Assembly (NCBI GenBank): GCA_937959275.1
Contig: CALGLU010000022.1
Span: 130,589-194,588, forward strand
From: an uncultured Saprospiraceae bacterium
Lineage (GTDB): Bacteria > Bacteroidota > Bacteroidia > Chitinophagales > Saprospiraceae
Direction of reading: 5' to 3'
DNA length: 64,000 nt
Below are positions 7,956 through 18,415 of this stretch, one piece after another. Numbering within the stretch: the stretch's first letter is position 1; every line of letters begins with the position of its first letter. The notes beneath the pieces were generated by a model. It made no database searches. It saw only the letters and a program-made list of their open reading frames with translations, and had not been told where the DNA came from. A program made the translations under genes and the position numbers.

Positions 7956-9527
7956 ATGAAATCTATTTTTTCCTACGGCAAAGATCACTTGACCGCAAGC
8001 AAAGCGTTACAGCTCGCACGAGGTGAATTAAGTGGCACTCTCGAGCGAGAGGAGATTGAAAAAATCCAACACTCTAGGTCAATCGTCGAGTCCATAGCTA
8101 ATGGCTCTACTGTTGTTTATGGAATCAACACTGGATTTGGGCCGCTGTGCAGCACCTTAATCTCTGCAGAAGACACCTCTAAGCTGCAACATAATATCTT
8201 AAAAAGCCATAGCGTTGGTGTGGGAAATCCAATCCCAAAAGAGATTGCCAAACTTATGCTGATCTTAAAAGTGCATTCGCTAGCACAAGGATTTTCAGGC
8301 ATCAGTAAAAGCACATTAGACCGCATCCTTTGGCACATTGAGCATGACGTGATTCCTGTCGTTCCCGAAAAGGGTTCTGTCGGTGCATCAGGTGATCTGG
8401 CTCCATTAGCCCATTTATTTTTACCCTTGATTGGATTGGGACAGGTTTGGTTTGATAATAAGATTCAGTCAACTCAGAGCGTATTTCAAAAAAAAGGAAT
8501 AACAGGATTGCAGCTAGGCGCTAAAGAAGGTTTGGCCTTAATCAATGGCACCCAATTTATCGCTGCTCACGCTGTAAAAGTTATCGAAAAGCTACACAGC
8601 TGTTTGAGTCAAGCAGATATAATTGCAAGCATGATGATTGAAGGACTGCTAGGCTCAGCAAGCCCTTTTTCAGCAAGGCTTCACCAACTCAGACCCTTCA
8701 AAGGGAATCAACATGTTGCTGCTAGAGTCTCTCATTTACTAGCACAATCAGATATTGTCACTTCTCATGCTGACTGTGACAGAGTGCAAGATCCGTATTC
8801 TTTGAGATGCATCCCGCAGGTCCATGGCTCTTCGCGGACCAGTTGGTTGCACTTGAAAGAGTTACTTGAGATAGAACTAAACTCAGTTACTGATAACCCA
8901 GTTATTTTTCGAGATGGGTTAACAATAAGTGGTGGCAACTTTCATGGCCAACCTCTTGCCATACCTTTGGATTATGCCTGCATTGCTGCATCAGAAGTCG
9001 GTAACATTTCTGACCGCAGAACATATCTCTCTCTTGGAGGCATGGCCGCTGGAGTGCCTAAACTCTTAATGAAACAAGCTGGTATTAACTCTGCATTTAT
9101 GATGTTGCAATACACAACTGCAGCACTGGCAAGTGAGAACAAAGGCCTGTGTTTCCCTGCAAGCGCAGATAGTATACCGACCTCACTCGGACAAGAAGAC
9201 CATGTCAGTATGGGATCCATCGCTGGCAGAAAAGCGCTAACCGTTATTGAGAATGTTGAAAAAATATTAGCTATAGAATTAATCTGTGCTGCGCAATCTT
9301 TTGACTATCACAAACCAAAACAGTCAGGTGAAATAATAGAAGAGGTACACCACTTTATTCGCACGAAAATCAAACATGCCGAAGAAGACCGCGTCTTTGC
9401 ACATGACATCGATAAAGCCATCCAGATCATCGAGGATCGCACTATATTAGAGATTGTAAGGGATGTCAATCAAAAATCTAATCTCCAATTTGAAACAGAA
9501 TATGACGATTTATTTGAGACCTATTAA
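7956..9527 (+). CDS. hutH: histidine ammonia-lyase
   Basis: MIO-forming motif GSVGASGDLAPLAHL, with full-length HAL-like sequence. The ORF track starts at a TTG (7947). I prefer the ATG at 7956 (MKSIFSYGKD). Confidence 0.95.
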   Translation: MKSIFSYGKDHLTASKALQLARGELSGTLEREEIEKIQHSRSIVESIANGSTVVYGINTGFGPLCSTLISAEDTSKLQHNILKSHSVGVGNPIPKEIAKLMLILKVHSLAQGFSGISKSTLDRILWHIEHDVIPVVPEKGSVGASGDLAPLAHLFLPLIGLGQVWFDNKIQSTQSVFQKKGITGLQLGAKEGLALINGTQFIAAHAVKVIEKLHSCLSQADIIASMMIEGLLGSASPFSARLHQLRPFKGNQHVAARVSHLLAQSDIVTSHADCDRVQDPYSLRCIPQVHGSSRTSWLHLKELLEIELNSVTDNPVIFRDGLTISGGNFHGQPLAIPLDYACIAASEVGNISDRRTYLSLGGMAAGVPKLLMKQAGINSAFMMLQYTTAALASENKGLCFPASADSIPTSLGQEDHVSMGSIAGRKALTVIENVEKILAIELICAAQSFDYHKPKQSGEIIEEVHHFIRTKIKHAEEDRVFAHDIDKAIQIIEDRTILEIVRDVNQKSNLQFETEYDDLFETY

Positions 9528-9533
9528 AGCCAC

Positions 9534-10922
9534 ATGACAGAATCAACAGCATATAAATTTGATGGTCTATTACAGCATGATGGCTGGATGATGCCTGCCT
9601 ATATCAGTTTAGACCAACAAGGCACGATTGAATCAATTAGCGAAACGGCTGACCCAAATATATTCTATTCCGAAATCAGTGGTTATGCCTTACCAGGCAT
9701 GCAAAACGCGCACTCCCATGCTTTTCAATATGCCATGGTAGGCCTCACAGAACATCATCATGCCGCTAGTGGACAAGATGATTTTTGGGGATGGAGAAAC
9801 GCCATGTATCAATTGGCATTATCCATCAATCCAGATCAAATGCAGGCCATCGCTGCAGCACTATATCTGGAAATGCTCAAACATGGGTATACAGAAGTTG
9901 CAGAGTTTCACTATGTCCATCATGACCTCTCAGGCCATCCATATGCCAATCAATCAGAACTTGGTGAACGTCTAATCGCAGCAGCAAAAGAGGTTGGCAT
10001 TAAAATAACTCTCATCCCCATTTTTTATCAACTAGGTGGATTTGGAAAAGCCGCTCATGATCATCAAAGACGATTTATATCACAATCAGTCGATGATTAT
10101 GAAACGCTCTTCGCTTCAAGTCGTCAGTCTTGTTCCTTTTATGAAAATGCGAGCATTGCTTACGGCATCCATTCCTTAAGGGCAGTAGAGCCATCTATTG
10201 TCAAGGAGTATTGTCAATCAGATTTTGAAGGTCTACCATTTCATATGCACATCGCTGAGCAATTAGGAGAAGTCAAAGAAAGCAGCAAGTATTTAGGTCA
10301 GCGACCTGTTGAATGGTTGTTAGAAAACCTGAATGTATCCGAGCAATATCATCTAGTGCACTCGACCCACATGACAGATGATGAGACGACAGCATTAGCT
10401 AAATCAGGAGCTCGGGTTGTTCTTTGTCCCAGTACAGAGGGCAATCTTGGTGATGGTCTATTTCCCTTACCACTGTTTCAAGAAGCTGGAGGGAAGTGGA
10501 GTATTGGTACAGACAGCCAAATCGGGATTAATCCATTTGAAGAATTGCGCATGCTTGATTATAGGCAACGAATAAACTCTCACAAACGGGATACGTTTAC
10601 AAACGAATCCAATAGTGATAGTGGCTTAGCTTCTATTGAACATTTAGTCACAAATGGCAGAATAGCTATGGGCAAACCACGAGATCACTTCTTCCAAATA
10701 GGGCATTCTTTCGACGCTCTCATTATGGATGCACAACATCCACTCTTAGCAGTATGTAGCAAAGAACATCTATGTTCCACAATCGTCTATGGCTCAACGA
10801 TAGACATGCATTTGGGTACACTAGTTAATGGACAATGGTTGATCGAAAAAAATAAGCATCAAAAAGAAAGTGAGATCAAGCAAACATTTATACAAACACT
10901 AAAGACTCTGAATAATCGCTAA
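9534..10922 (+). CDS. hutF: formimidoylglutamate deiminase
   Basis: 462 aa amidohydrolase. Carries LPGMQNAHSHAFQYAM...DDFWGWRNAMY...EVAEFHYVHH, the pattern I associate with HutF. It sits inside the hut operon. Confidence 0.8.
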   Translation: MTESTAYKFDGLLQHDGWMMPAYISLDQQGTIESISETADPNIFYSEISGYALPGMQNAHSHAFQYAMVGLTEHHHAASGQDDFWGWRNAMYQLALSINPDQMQAIAAALYLEMLKHGYTEVAEFHYVHHDLSGHPYANQSELGERLIAAAKEVGIKITLIPIFYQLGGFGKAAHDHQRRFISQSVDDYETLFASSRQSCSFYENASIAYGIHSLRAVEPSIVKEYCQSDFEGLPFHMHIAEQLGEVKESSKYLGQRPVEWLLENLNVSEQYHLVHSTHMTDDETTALAKSGARVVLCPSTEGNLGDGLFPLPLFQEAGGKWSIGTDSQIGINPFEELRMLDYRQRINSHKRDTFTNESNSDSGLASIEHLVTNGRIAMGKPRDHFFQIGHSFDALIMDAQHPLLAVCSKEHLCSTIVYGSTIDMHLGTLVNGQWLIEKNKHQKESEIKQTFIQTLKTLNNR

Positions 10923-10925
10923 AGT

Positions 10926-12164
10926 ATGACAGACTATACGATAATAGGTCCCTTCACCCAAGTACTCCCGATGACCAATCTCGCTGTCAAAGGACCCTTA
11001 AAAGATGACGAGCTTGAGATCATTCCAAACGGAGCAATTTTAGTTAATAATGATCGCATTGTCGACATGGGGGACTTTGACTCTTTGCGCAAATCTTCAG
11101 CATTACTGAATCCAAAAATAGAAGAACTCAATCAGGCAGCAGTTGCACTACCTGGTTTTGTAGATGCACATACACACCTTTGTTTTGCTGGCTCTAGAGC
11201 GAAAGACTTCGCCATGAGAAATGCAGGTAAATCATATTTGGATATTGCTAAGTCTGGAGGAGGCATTTGGGATACAGTGACAAAGACACGTGGAGAATCT
11301 CAAGAGCAACTAACAGCAGGAATTTTGGCAAGAGCAGAACAACATATTCGTAATGGCGTGACAACGATAGAAGTCAAAAGTGGATATGGATTGTCTGTAC
11401 AAGAAGAATTAAAAATGTTGCGCGCCATTAAAAGCGCAGATCTGTCTTGCGCTGCTGACCTACTGCCAACCTGCTTGGCTGCACATATATTTCCCAAAGA
11501 TTATAACGGAGATATCCAACAATATTTAGAGGAGATTGCAGTCCATTTATTTCCAATCCTAAAAGAAGAAAAATTAGCTTCAAGAATTGATGCATTTATT
11601 GAAGAGGAGGCCTATTCCTCTGATGTGATTCGACCTTATCTAGACAAAGCAAGATCTATGGGTTTTGATATTTGCTTGCATGCTGATCAATTTAGTCCTG
11701 GCGGCACGCAAGTCGCTGTAGAACATGCTGCGATTAGTGCTGATCACTTAGAGGCAAGTGGGGATCAGGAGATTGAACTCTTGGCAAAAAGTGATGTTAT
11801 TCCGATTGCATTACCTGGAGCATCCATAGGTCTTGGTTGCGGATTTACACCGGCCAGAAAACTATTGGATGCAGGGACAAGCCTGGCTATTGCAAGTGAC
11901 TGGAATCCAGGCTCTGCGCCAATGGGTGACCTGTTAACACAAGCAAGTATATTATCCACGTTTGAAAAATTGTCGAGTGCGGAAGTATTTGCTGCCTTAA
12001 CTTGTCGTGCTGCTGCAGCGCTGGGATTAACAGATCGGGGCCAATTAAAAGAAGCTTGTCTTGCTGATTTTATTGCCTTTCCGACTTCTGATTACAGAGA
12101 GATATTATATCACCAAGGCCAACTCAAACCAACACAGGTTTGGAAAAAAGGAATGCTCATTTAA
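10926..12164 (+). CDS. hutI: imidazolonepropionase
   Basis: 412 aa. Motifs LPGFVDAHTHLCFAGSRA, EVKSGYGL, HADQ and ASDWNPGS. Confidence 0.95.
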   Translation: MTDYTIIGPFTQVLPMTNLAVKGPLKDDELEIIPNGAILVNNDRIVDMGDFDSLRKSSALLNPKIEELNQAAVALPGFVDAHTHLCFAGSRAKDFAMRNAGKSYLDIAKSGGGIWDTVTKTRGESQEQLTAGILARAEQHIRNGVTTIEVKSGYGLSVQEELKMLRAIKSADLSCAADLLPTCLAAHIFPKDYNGDIQQYLEEIAVHLFPILKEEKLASRIDAFIEEEAYSSDVIRPYLDKARSMGFDICLHADQFSPGGTQVAVEHAAISADHLEASGDQEIELLAKSDVIPIALPGASIGLGCGFTPARKLLDAGTSLAIASDWNPGSAPMGDLLTQASILSTFEKLSSAEVFAALTCRAAAALGLTDRGQLKEACLADFIAFPTSDYREILYHQGQLKPTQVWKKGMLI

Positions 12165-12174
12165 AAGACAGATT

Positions 12175-14202
12175 ATGAATACAGATCATTCAGATTTTAA
12201 AGCTGCGATTCTTCAAGGCATTCCAAATGAATTGCCAGAAAAAAGAGCTTATCCTGAGTATGCCAATCGGGCTCCTAAACGAAAAGACGTTCTATCAACA
12301 GTAGAAAAACGATTAGCTGTTGAAAATGCGTTGAGATATTTTCCTGAGGAATGGCACAAAACCTTAGCTAAAGAATTCGCTGAGGAACTTAAAGAATTTG
12401 GTCGAATCTATATGTACAGATTCCAACCAAGCTATGAGATGTACGCCCGTCCAATTGATGAATATCCTGCCAATATAAAAAGTGCTGCGGCTATTATGTT
12501 GATGATTCAAAATAACCTTAACCCAGCTGTCGCACAGCATCCAAATGAATTGATTACGTATGGTGGCAATGGTAGTGTATTCCAAAATTGGGCACAGTAC
12601 CTCTTGACGATGCAATACCTTGCCACCATGACATCAATGCAAACCTTGCACATGTATTCTGGTCATCCACTTGGCCTGTTTCCTTCCCCAACATCTGCCC
12701 CTCGAGTTGTTGTTACAAATGGCCTAATGATTCCGAATTATTCAAAACCGGATGATTGGGAAAAGTACAATGCCTTAGGTGTCACTCAATACGGGCAAAT
12801 GACAGCTGGCTCATTTATGTATATCGGTCCTCAAGGTATTGTTCATGGGACGACCATCACTGTCTTAAATGCGTTTAGAAAACAATTGAAGTCAGGAGAG
12901 AAGATTGCTGGGAAGATTTTTTTAACGGCTGGCTTGGGAGGGATGAGCGGTGCACAACCAAAGGCGGGCAACATTGCAGGATGCATTACCGTCTGCGCAG
13001 AAGTCAACCCAAAAGCTGCACATAAGAGACATCAACAAGGCTGGGTAGATCTCCTGTTTGATGATTTGAATGAATTAGTAGCACGTGTCAATGAAGCTAT
13101 TCGTCAAGAAGAGGTTGTCTCTATTGCCTATGTAGGGAATGTTGTTGATGTATGGGAGCGATTTTATGAAGAAGAGATATTTATTCATTTAGGCTCCGAT
13201 CAAACATCTTTACATAATCCATGGTCTGGAGGATACTATCCAGTTGGTTTGTCATTTGATGAGGCCAATATAGTCATGACTCAAGATCCAAAGGGTTTTA
13301 AAAGTAAAGTTCAATCGTCCTTGTGCAGGCATGCGGAGGCGATTCAACGACACACAGCTAAAGGCACGTACTTTTTCGATTATGGAAATGCCTTTTTGTT
13401 GGAAGCATCTAGGGCAGGTGCTGATGTGATGGCGTCTAATGGGATTGATTTTAAATATCCGTCATATGTTCAGGACATTCTTGGGCCCATGTGTTTTGAT
13501 TATGGCTTTGGGCCTTTCCGTTGGGTTTGCACCTCTGGTCTCACAAGTGATTTAGATAAAAGTGATGCGATTGCCTTAGGGATAATGGAAGGCTTAGCTA
13601 AGGATGCTCCAACAGAGATCAAACAGCAGCTATCAGATAATATCAAGTGGCTTCGGGAAGCGAAAGAGAACAAACTTGTTGTGGGTTCAAAAGCACGAAT
13701 CCTTTACGCAGACGCTCAAGGAAGAATTAAGATTGCAGAGGCCTTTAATCAAGCGATTACAAACGGAATCATATCGGGCCCAATTGTCCTCGGCAGAGAC
13801 CATCATGATGTGAGTGGGACGGACTCGCCTTATCGAGAAACAAGTAACATCTATGACGGCAGCAAATTTACAGCCGATATGTCTGTTCATAATGTTATTG
13901 GAGATAGCTTTAGAGGGGCCACATGGGTGTCCTTGCATAATGGAGGCGGTGTCGGTTGGGGAGAAGTGATGAATGGGGGATTTGGCTTGTTATTGGATGG
14001 GAGTGAAGATGCCGAGTCGAGGCTTAAGAGTCTATTATTTTATGATGTGAATAATGGTATCGCTCGACGCAGCTGGGCCAGAAATCCAGAGGCTATGTTT
14101 GCTGCTAAGCGCGAGATGAAGAGAAGCCTAGACTTACAGATTACGATGCCACATTTAGTAAAGGATGATCTTTTAGACTTTATTCTCATACTTGACGATT
14201 AA
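12175..14202 (+). CDS. hutU: urocanate hydratase (long ~675 aa form)
   Basis: Urocanase sequence throughout (TYGGNGSVFQNW, GLGGMSGAQPKA, GRDHHDVSGTDSPYRETSN). The ORF-track start at 12061 overlaps hutI. The ATG at 12175 (MNTDHSDFKAAIL) lies 10 nt after the hutI stop. Confidence 0.95.
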   Translation: MNTDHSDFKAAILQGIPNELPEKRAYPEYANRAPKRKDVLSTVEKRLAVENALRYFPEEWHKTLAKEFAEELKEFGRIYMYRFQPSYEMYARPIDEYPANIKSAAAIMLMIQNNLNPAVAQHPNELITYGGNGSVFQNWAQYLLTMQYLATMTSMQTLHMYSGHPLGLFPSPTSAPRVVVTNGLMIPNYSKPDDWEKYNALGVTQYGQMTAGSFMYIGPQGIVHGTTITVLNAFRKQLKSGEKIAGKIFLTAGLGGMSGAQPKAGNIAGCITVCAEVNPKAAHKRHQQGWVDLLFDDLNELVARVNEAIRQEEVVSIAYVGNVVDVWERFYEEEIFIHLGSDQTSLHNPWSGGYYPVGLSFDEANIVMTQDPKGFKSKVQSSLCRHAEAIQRHTAKGTYFFDYGNAFLLEASRAGADVMASNGIDFKYPSYVQDILGPMCFDYGFGPFRWVCTSGLTSDLDKSDAIALGIMEGLAKDAPTEIKQQLSDNIKWLREAKENKLVVGSKARILYADAQGRIKIAEAFNQAITNGIISGPIVLGRDHHDVSGTDSPYRETSNIYDGSKFTADMSVHNVIGDSFRGATWVSLHNGGGVGWGEVMNGGFGLLLDGSEDAESRLKSLLFYDVNNGIARRSWARNPEAMFAAKREMKRSLDLQITMPHLVKDDLLDFILILDD

Positions 14203-14307
14203 AAATGTAAGCTTTGGTATTTAAAAATAAAATTAAGTTTCCAAAGACTTTTGTGAGCCCGTATACAATTTTGTACATTTAATTTTATAAATCTACAAAA
14301 GACCAAC

Positions 14308-15182
14308 ATGACAACCTATTACAAACCATCTGGATTTTATTCTCCAATATCAATTCTCTTTTTCATTCTTACTTGTCTTATCGTTATTCCTATTCTGGCA
14401 ACAGCATATTCGTATGCGATTTGGTACATTCCAATTCCGTATATCAATTTATTTATCACTATTGGTTTTGGTATTTTGGTAGGGTATACAGTGAGCTTAC
14501 TTGCTGTTAAGTATGGTAAAGTGAGAAGCGGCAAAGTGGCATCAATCTTCGGTTTATTAGCTGGTCTATTGGCTCTTTATGTACATTGGGCTGTTTGGGT
14601 AGATCTAGTCATAAATGTCAGTGGTGTAGGAGGAACTGAAGAGTATGGTTTCGCCATAAGTAATATCAAAATAGTACAAGTTATACAACTCATATTGTCA
14701 CCAAGTGCACTATTCGAAATTATAGGCCAGATACGTGAGACAGGAACTTGGGGTATTAAAAGCAAAGCCATAAGTGGTACACCATTAACTATCATTTGGG
14801 TTTTAGAAGCGCTTATAATCGTTATAGCTTCTTTCGCTACACCAGGTAGACAATCAAGGGAACCATTTTGTGAACTTAATCAGAAGTGGTTTGAGAAAAA
14901 GAACTTGCATTTTCATTTTTAGATAACCCTCTTGACGTCCTCAATAATCTAAAAAGTGGTTCACAGAATGTTTTTGACAATTTGACACGCGCTGGAGATA
15001 TAAAGAAAGACAGTCATAGTATTTTCACCTTGTATGCCAATGACACGAATGAAAATTATCTTACAATCGAAAATAAGCAGGCCAAGCTTACAGACAGGAA
15101 AGAGATTAAATTCAATGATGTTCAGGTAACAAAATATATGTCCATTTCTGAAGAACTGAGCCGTAAGATAGAGGCTATTTAA
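14308..15182 (+). pseudogene. polytopic membrane protein gene split by a -1 frame change at an A-run (frameshifted gene, assembly error or recoding)
   Basis: Frame-1 ORF 14308..14922 encodes several predicted TM helices. Frame-0 is open from 14895 to 15182. The two frames overlap only across 14895-14919, which contains GAGAAAAAG (14893-14901). One extra base there gives a continuous protein of about 290 aa (...CELNQKWFEKKELAFSFLDNPLD...). Confidence 0.5.
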
Positions 15183-15368
15183 ATGACTTTTAATAATTGG
15201 CTTTTATGATTATAAAGCTTGGCCTTTTGCGTAAACATGCTCTTTTTTTCCCCGCCGAGACCAAATTCAATAGAAACAGCATCTATTATGTTATGGATGA
15301 TTGACATTTAAGAGTTCAAAAACATTCATCATGCAACTTTTATAAAAAATGTCTCGTTTTCCCTATAT

Positions 15369-16091
15369 ATGAGAGTCTTTTCTCTATTCATACTTTCCAT
15401 TTGCTTTTGTTCTGTACTCTACGGACAATCGGCAACTAAAGACACGTCAGTGTTTATAGAGCCAGACACGGCCTTTGTCGTCACGGATGGTATTGGTGTT
15501 CTGACGACAATGCGTGGCGAAAAAAGGGAATATGTCAGTATCAAAGGAAAGGTCTATCCTGTATTGATTGCGAATGGAGACACCATGGTCTTGGCGAGTA
15601 TTGAAGATGTGTCTGTGACCTCTCCCAGAGCATTTGCAAATGAAGATGAATACAAACGATATAGGAAGTACAAGTACTACGCATCGAGAGTCTACCCTTA
15701 TGCAGCAGAAGCGATCAAAATATTCCGTAAAATGGAATATGCGACGAAGCATATGAAAAGGAGAAAGCGTAAAAAATATATAAAACAGCTATCCGAGGAG
15801 TTAAAAGTAGAGTTTGAACAGCCTTTGATGAAGCTGTCCAAAACGCAAGGTAAAATATTGGTTAAGATGATTGAGCGCGAGTTGGATACACCGATGTATT
15901 CATTGATCAGCGAATTGCAAGGGAAATTCAAAGCTTTTTACTGGAATCAATCGAGTAAGCTCTATGGTTACAGATTAAAAGATGGATATACAGTAGGAGA
16001 AAACCATATATTAGATGCTGTGTTACAAGACTTGAATATCTCCTATGAGATTGATGAAGATTATGAAGATTTTATGAACGAAGGCAAATAA
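15369..16091 (+). CDS. hypothetical secreted protein (DUF4294-like)
   Basis: 240 aa with a signal peptide (MRVFSLFILSICFCSVLYGQ) and a basic KR-rich central segment. The family name comes from memory of similar Bacteroidota proteins. Confidence 0.5.
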   Translation: MRVFSLFILSICFCSVLYGQSATKDTSVFIEPDTAFVVTDGIGVLTTMRGEKREYVSIKGKVYPVLIANGDTMVLASIEDVSVTSPRAFANEDEYKRYRKYKYYASRVYPYAAEAIKIFRKMEYATKHMKRRKRKKYIKQLSEELKVEFEQPLMKLSKTQGKILVKMIERELDTPMYSLISELQGKFKAFYWNQSSKLYGYRLKDGYTVGENHILDAVLQDLNISYEIDEDYEDFMNEGK

Positions 16092-16094
16092 GAA

Positions 16095-17159
16095 TTGGAA
16101 AAGAATAGACACGCGGGACAGATAGGTTGGAGGAGCCCTTCCAATATTGCAATCGTCAAATATTGGGGTAAGTACGGAAATCAATTGCCAAGAAATCCTT
16201 CGATCAGCTTTACCTTATCTCAGGCATTTACAGAAACCATTATTCGATATCGTACAAAAGAAGATACTTCAGGAATCAGTCTAGATTTTAGTTTTGAAGG
16301 ACAGCCAAACGATGGCTTTAAAAATCGGATTGCACAGTTTTTGGAAAAAAACAAAGAGGAGTTTGGTGCTTTGCAACAGTTTCATTTGGATATTGAGAGC
16401 AAAAATTCATTTCCTCATTCTTCAGGTATTGCATCTTCAGCATCATCTATGAGTGCCCTGGCGCTAGGGCTTTGTAGTGTTGAAAATAGTATTGCTGATA
16501 ACACATTGAGTGGCACTGAATTACTCAAGCGTGTTTCTCATATCTCTCGGTTGGCAAGTGGGAGCGCTTGTCGATCTGTTTATCCACATCTGGCAGCTTG
16601 GGGACAACTAGATGACATTCCAGGATCTAGTCAAGATTATGCCGTTGAGTTAGATGGCATTCATCCTGTGTTCCATGACTTTCATGATGATATATTGATT
16701 GTCAGCAAAGAGGAAAAGTCAGTATCTTCATCAGCTGGTCACCGGCTTATGGATGGTAATGTTTATGCCGCTTCTAGATATCAACAAGCTAAAGATCGAA
16801 CAGCAATTTTATATGCTGCTTTAAAGAGTGGTGATGTAGAAGCTGTAGGAAAAATTGCGGAGGATGAGGCATTGACCCTTCATGCTTTGATGATGTGTTC
16901 TGAACCATCTTTTGTCTTAATGAAGCCCAACTCACTAGAGATGATATCTCGCATTAAAGATATAAGGCAGCGTAAAAAACTTCCTATTTATTTTACACTT
17001 GACGCTGGACCAAATATACATGTGCTCTATCCTGATGCGATCGCTTCGCAAGCAAAAGAGTTTATCGATTCAGAACTAATTCAACTCTGTGAAGAGGGGC
17101 GAGTTATTCGAGATCGTGTCGGCCATGGTCCAGAGCAAATCCAAAATTTTAGTTTATGA
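16095..17159 (+). CDS. mvaD: diphosphomevalonate decarboxylase
   Basis: 354 aa. Motifs WRSPSNIAIVKYWGK, FPHSSGIASSASSMSALA, SGSACRS and FTLDAGPN. Apparent TTG start at 16095. Confidence 0.9.
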   Translation: MEKNRHAGQIGWRSPSNIAIVKYWGKYGNQLPRNPSISFTLSQAFTETIIRYRTKEDTSGISLDFSFEGQPNDGFKNRIAQFLEKNKEEFGALQQFHLDIESKNSFPHSSGIASSASSMSALALGLCSVENSIADNTLSGTELLKRVSHISRLASGSACRSVYPHLAAWGQLDDIPGSSQDYAVELDGIHPVFHDFHDDILIVSKEEKSVSSSAGHRLMDGNVYAASRYQQAKDRTAILYAALKSGDVEAVGKIAEDEALTLHALMMCSEPSFVLMKPNSLEMISRIKDIRQRKKLPIYFTLDAGPNIHVLYPDAIASQAKEFIDSELIQLCEEGRVIRDRVGHGPEQIQNFSL

Positions 17160-17671
17160 GACAGTTAATTATCTTTTGTGTGTTTGTGTTGACAGCAGCT
17201 AGTCTGAGTGCACAACTTAATCGAACAACAAACCCGAAGTTTGAGAAAAAGATCGATAGACTGCTCAGCGAAACAGTACCTTTTGTATACGTCGAGGAGT
17301 TAGCAAAAAAAGATAAGTCTGAGCTTGTATTGCTTGATGCTCGCGAATGGGAAGAATATAACATAAGCCACATTCCAGAAGCTCACTATATCGGCTATGA
17401 CCGCCCTACAATGGATGTCTTAAGTGGTGTTGAAAAAGATAAGGAAATCGTCGTCTATTGCTCGATCGGATATCGAAGTGAAAAGATAGCTGAGCGTCTA
17501 AAAGATATGGGATATGAAAATGTGACAAATTTATATGGCAGCATATTCGAGTGGGTCAACCAAGGACACGAGATTGAAAATAGTAACGGAGAAGTGACCA
17601 AAAAGATTCATACCTATGACAAAAGCTGGAGCCGCTGGATGATCAATAAAGACTATGAAAAGGTCTGGTAA
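17156..17671 (+). CDS. rhodanese-like domain protein with signal peptide
   Basis: 171 aa. N-terminal signal (IFCVFVLTAASLSAQ). Rhodanese fold with the active-site loop VVYCSIGYRS. The ATG overlaps the mvaD stop (ATGA). Confidence 0.8.
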   Translation: MRQLIIFCVFVLTAASLSAQLNRTTNPKFEKKIDRLLSETVPFVYVEELAKKDKSELVLLDAREWEEYNISHIPEAHYIGYDRPTMDVLSGVEKDKEIVVYCSIGYRSEKIAERLKDMGYENVTNLYGSIFEWVNQGHEIENSNGEVTKKIHTYDKSWSRWMINKDYEKVW

Positions 17672-17674
17672 CAG

Positions 17675-18382
17675 TCAAAGGTGGAGATCAACAAATAGAG
17701 GCATGTGGTCACTCAACGAGATCCAATCTTTAAATGCTCCTATTGTCATCTGACAATTGTTCAATAATGATTTTGAGGCGAAGCAATAATCCATATGATA
17801 AGGTTTTATTTCATTCTTATACATGTAAAACGTAGGATCGATTTCATCTCCAGCCTTGATATCATTGACAGTATGATAGGCACTTAAAATATGTCTTTCC
17901 TTTAAAAAATTAACGACTCCTGAATGATTGCCAGGACGTCGTTCTTTATCCCACATGACATGACTATTAAAATCACCGATTAGGATAGAATCATGAGCAA
18001 GCAGCTCCTCATAATATTGGATCGCATTCCAAATTTGGCCAACATATGATTTTGATTTAATCCTGTGCGGCATAGCCCAAATTACAAACAGATTAATCGG
18101 TTGATCTGAGATAGTGCACTGGTATGGAATGATGTATTTAAACTCAGGATTGTATCTGGCATTTAGACTTAACTTGTAGTTTTGAAAACTCATGAGAGCT
18201 ATGCCCTTATGTTTATTATCACCATGCCAAAAGAATTGATCTGGATCCAAATCAGGAACTGAGGCTAGTATTTTTTCTTGGTATTCACACTCCTGCAAAA
18301 TTAAAAGATCAGGTTTGAATGTCTTTATGTGTTCATATTTTTTGCGAAATGCCATATTACAATTCCAAGAAATAAGTTTCAC
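17675..18382 (-). CDS. endonuclease/exonuclease/phosphatase (EEP) family protein
   Basis: 235 aa. MKLISWNCN...DLLILQE...GDFN...SDHMPL matches the ordered EEP catalytic motifs. Confidence 0.75.
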   Translation of the reverse strand: MKLISWNCNMAFRKKYEHIKTFKPDLLILQECEYQEKILASVPDLDPDQFFWHGDNKHKGIALMSFQNYKLSLNARYNPEFKYIIPYQCTISDQPINLFVIWAMPHRIKSKSYVGQIWNAIQYYEELLAHDSILIGDFNSHVMWDKERRPGNHSGVVNFLKERHILSAYHTVNDIKAGDEIDPTFYMYKNEIKPYHMDYCFASKSLLNNCQMTIGAFKDWISLSDHMPLFVDLHL

Positions 18383-18415
18383 ATTAATGTGTCTAAATGA
18401 AGATAAGTAGAGAAC

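Noticed and set aside
12061-12174. A 38-codon N-terminal extension of hutU in the ORF track.
   Set aside because: It overlaps the hutI coding end and translates to non-urocanase-like sequence. An ATG at 12175 sits 10 nt after the hutI stop.
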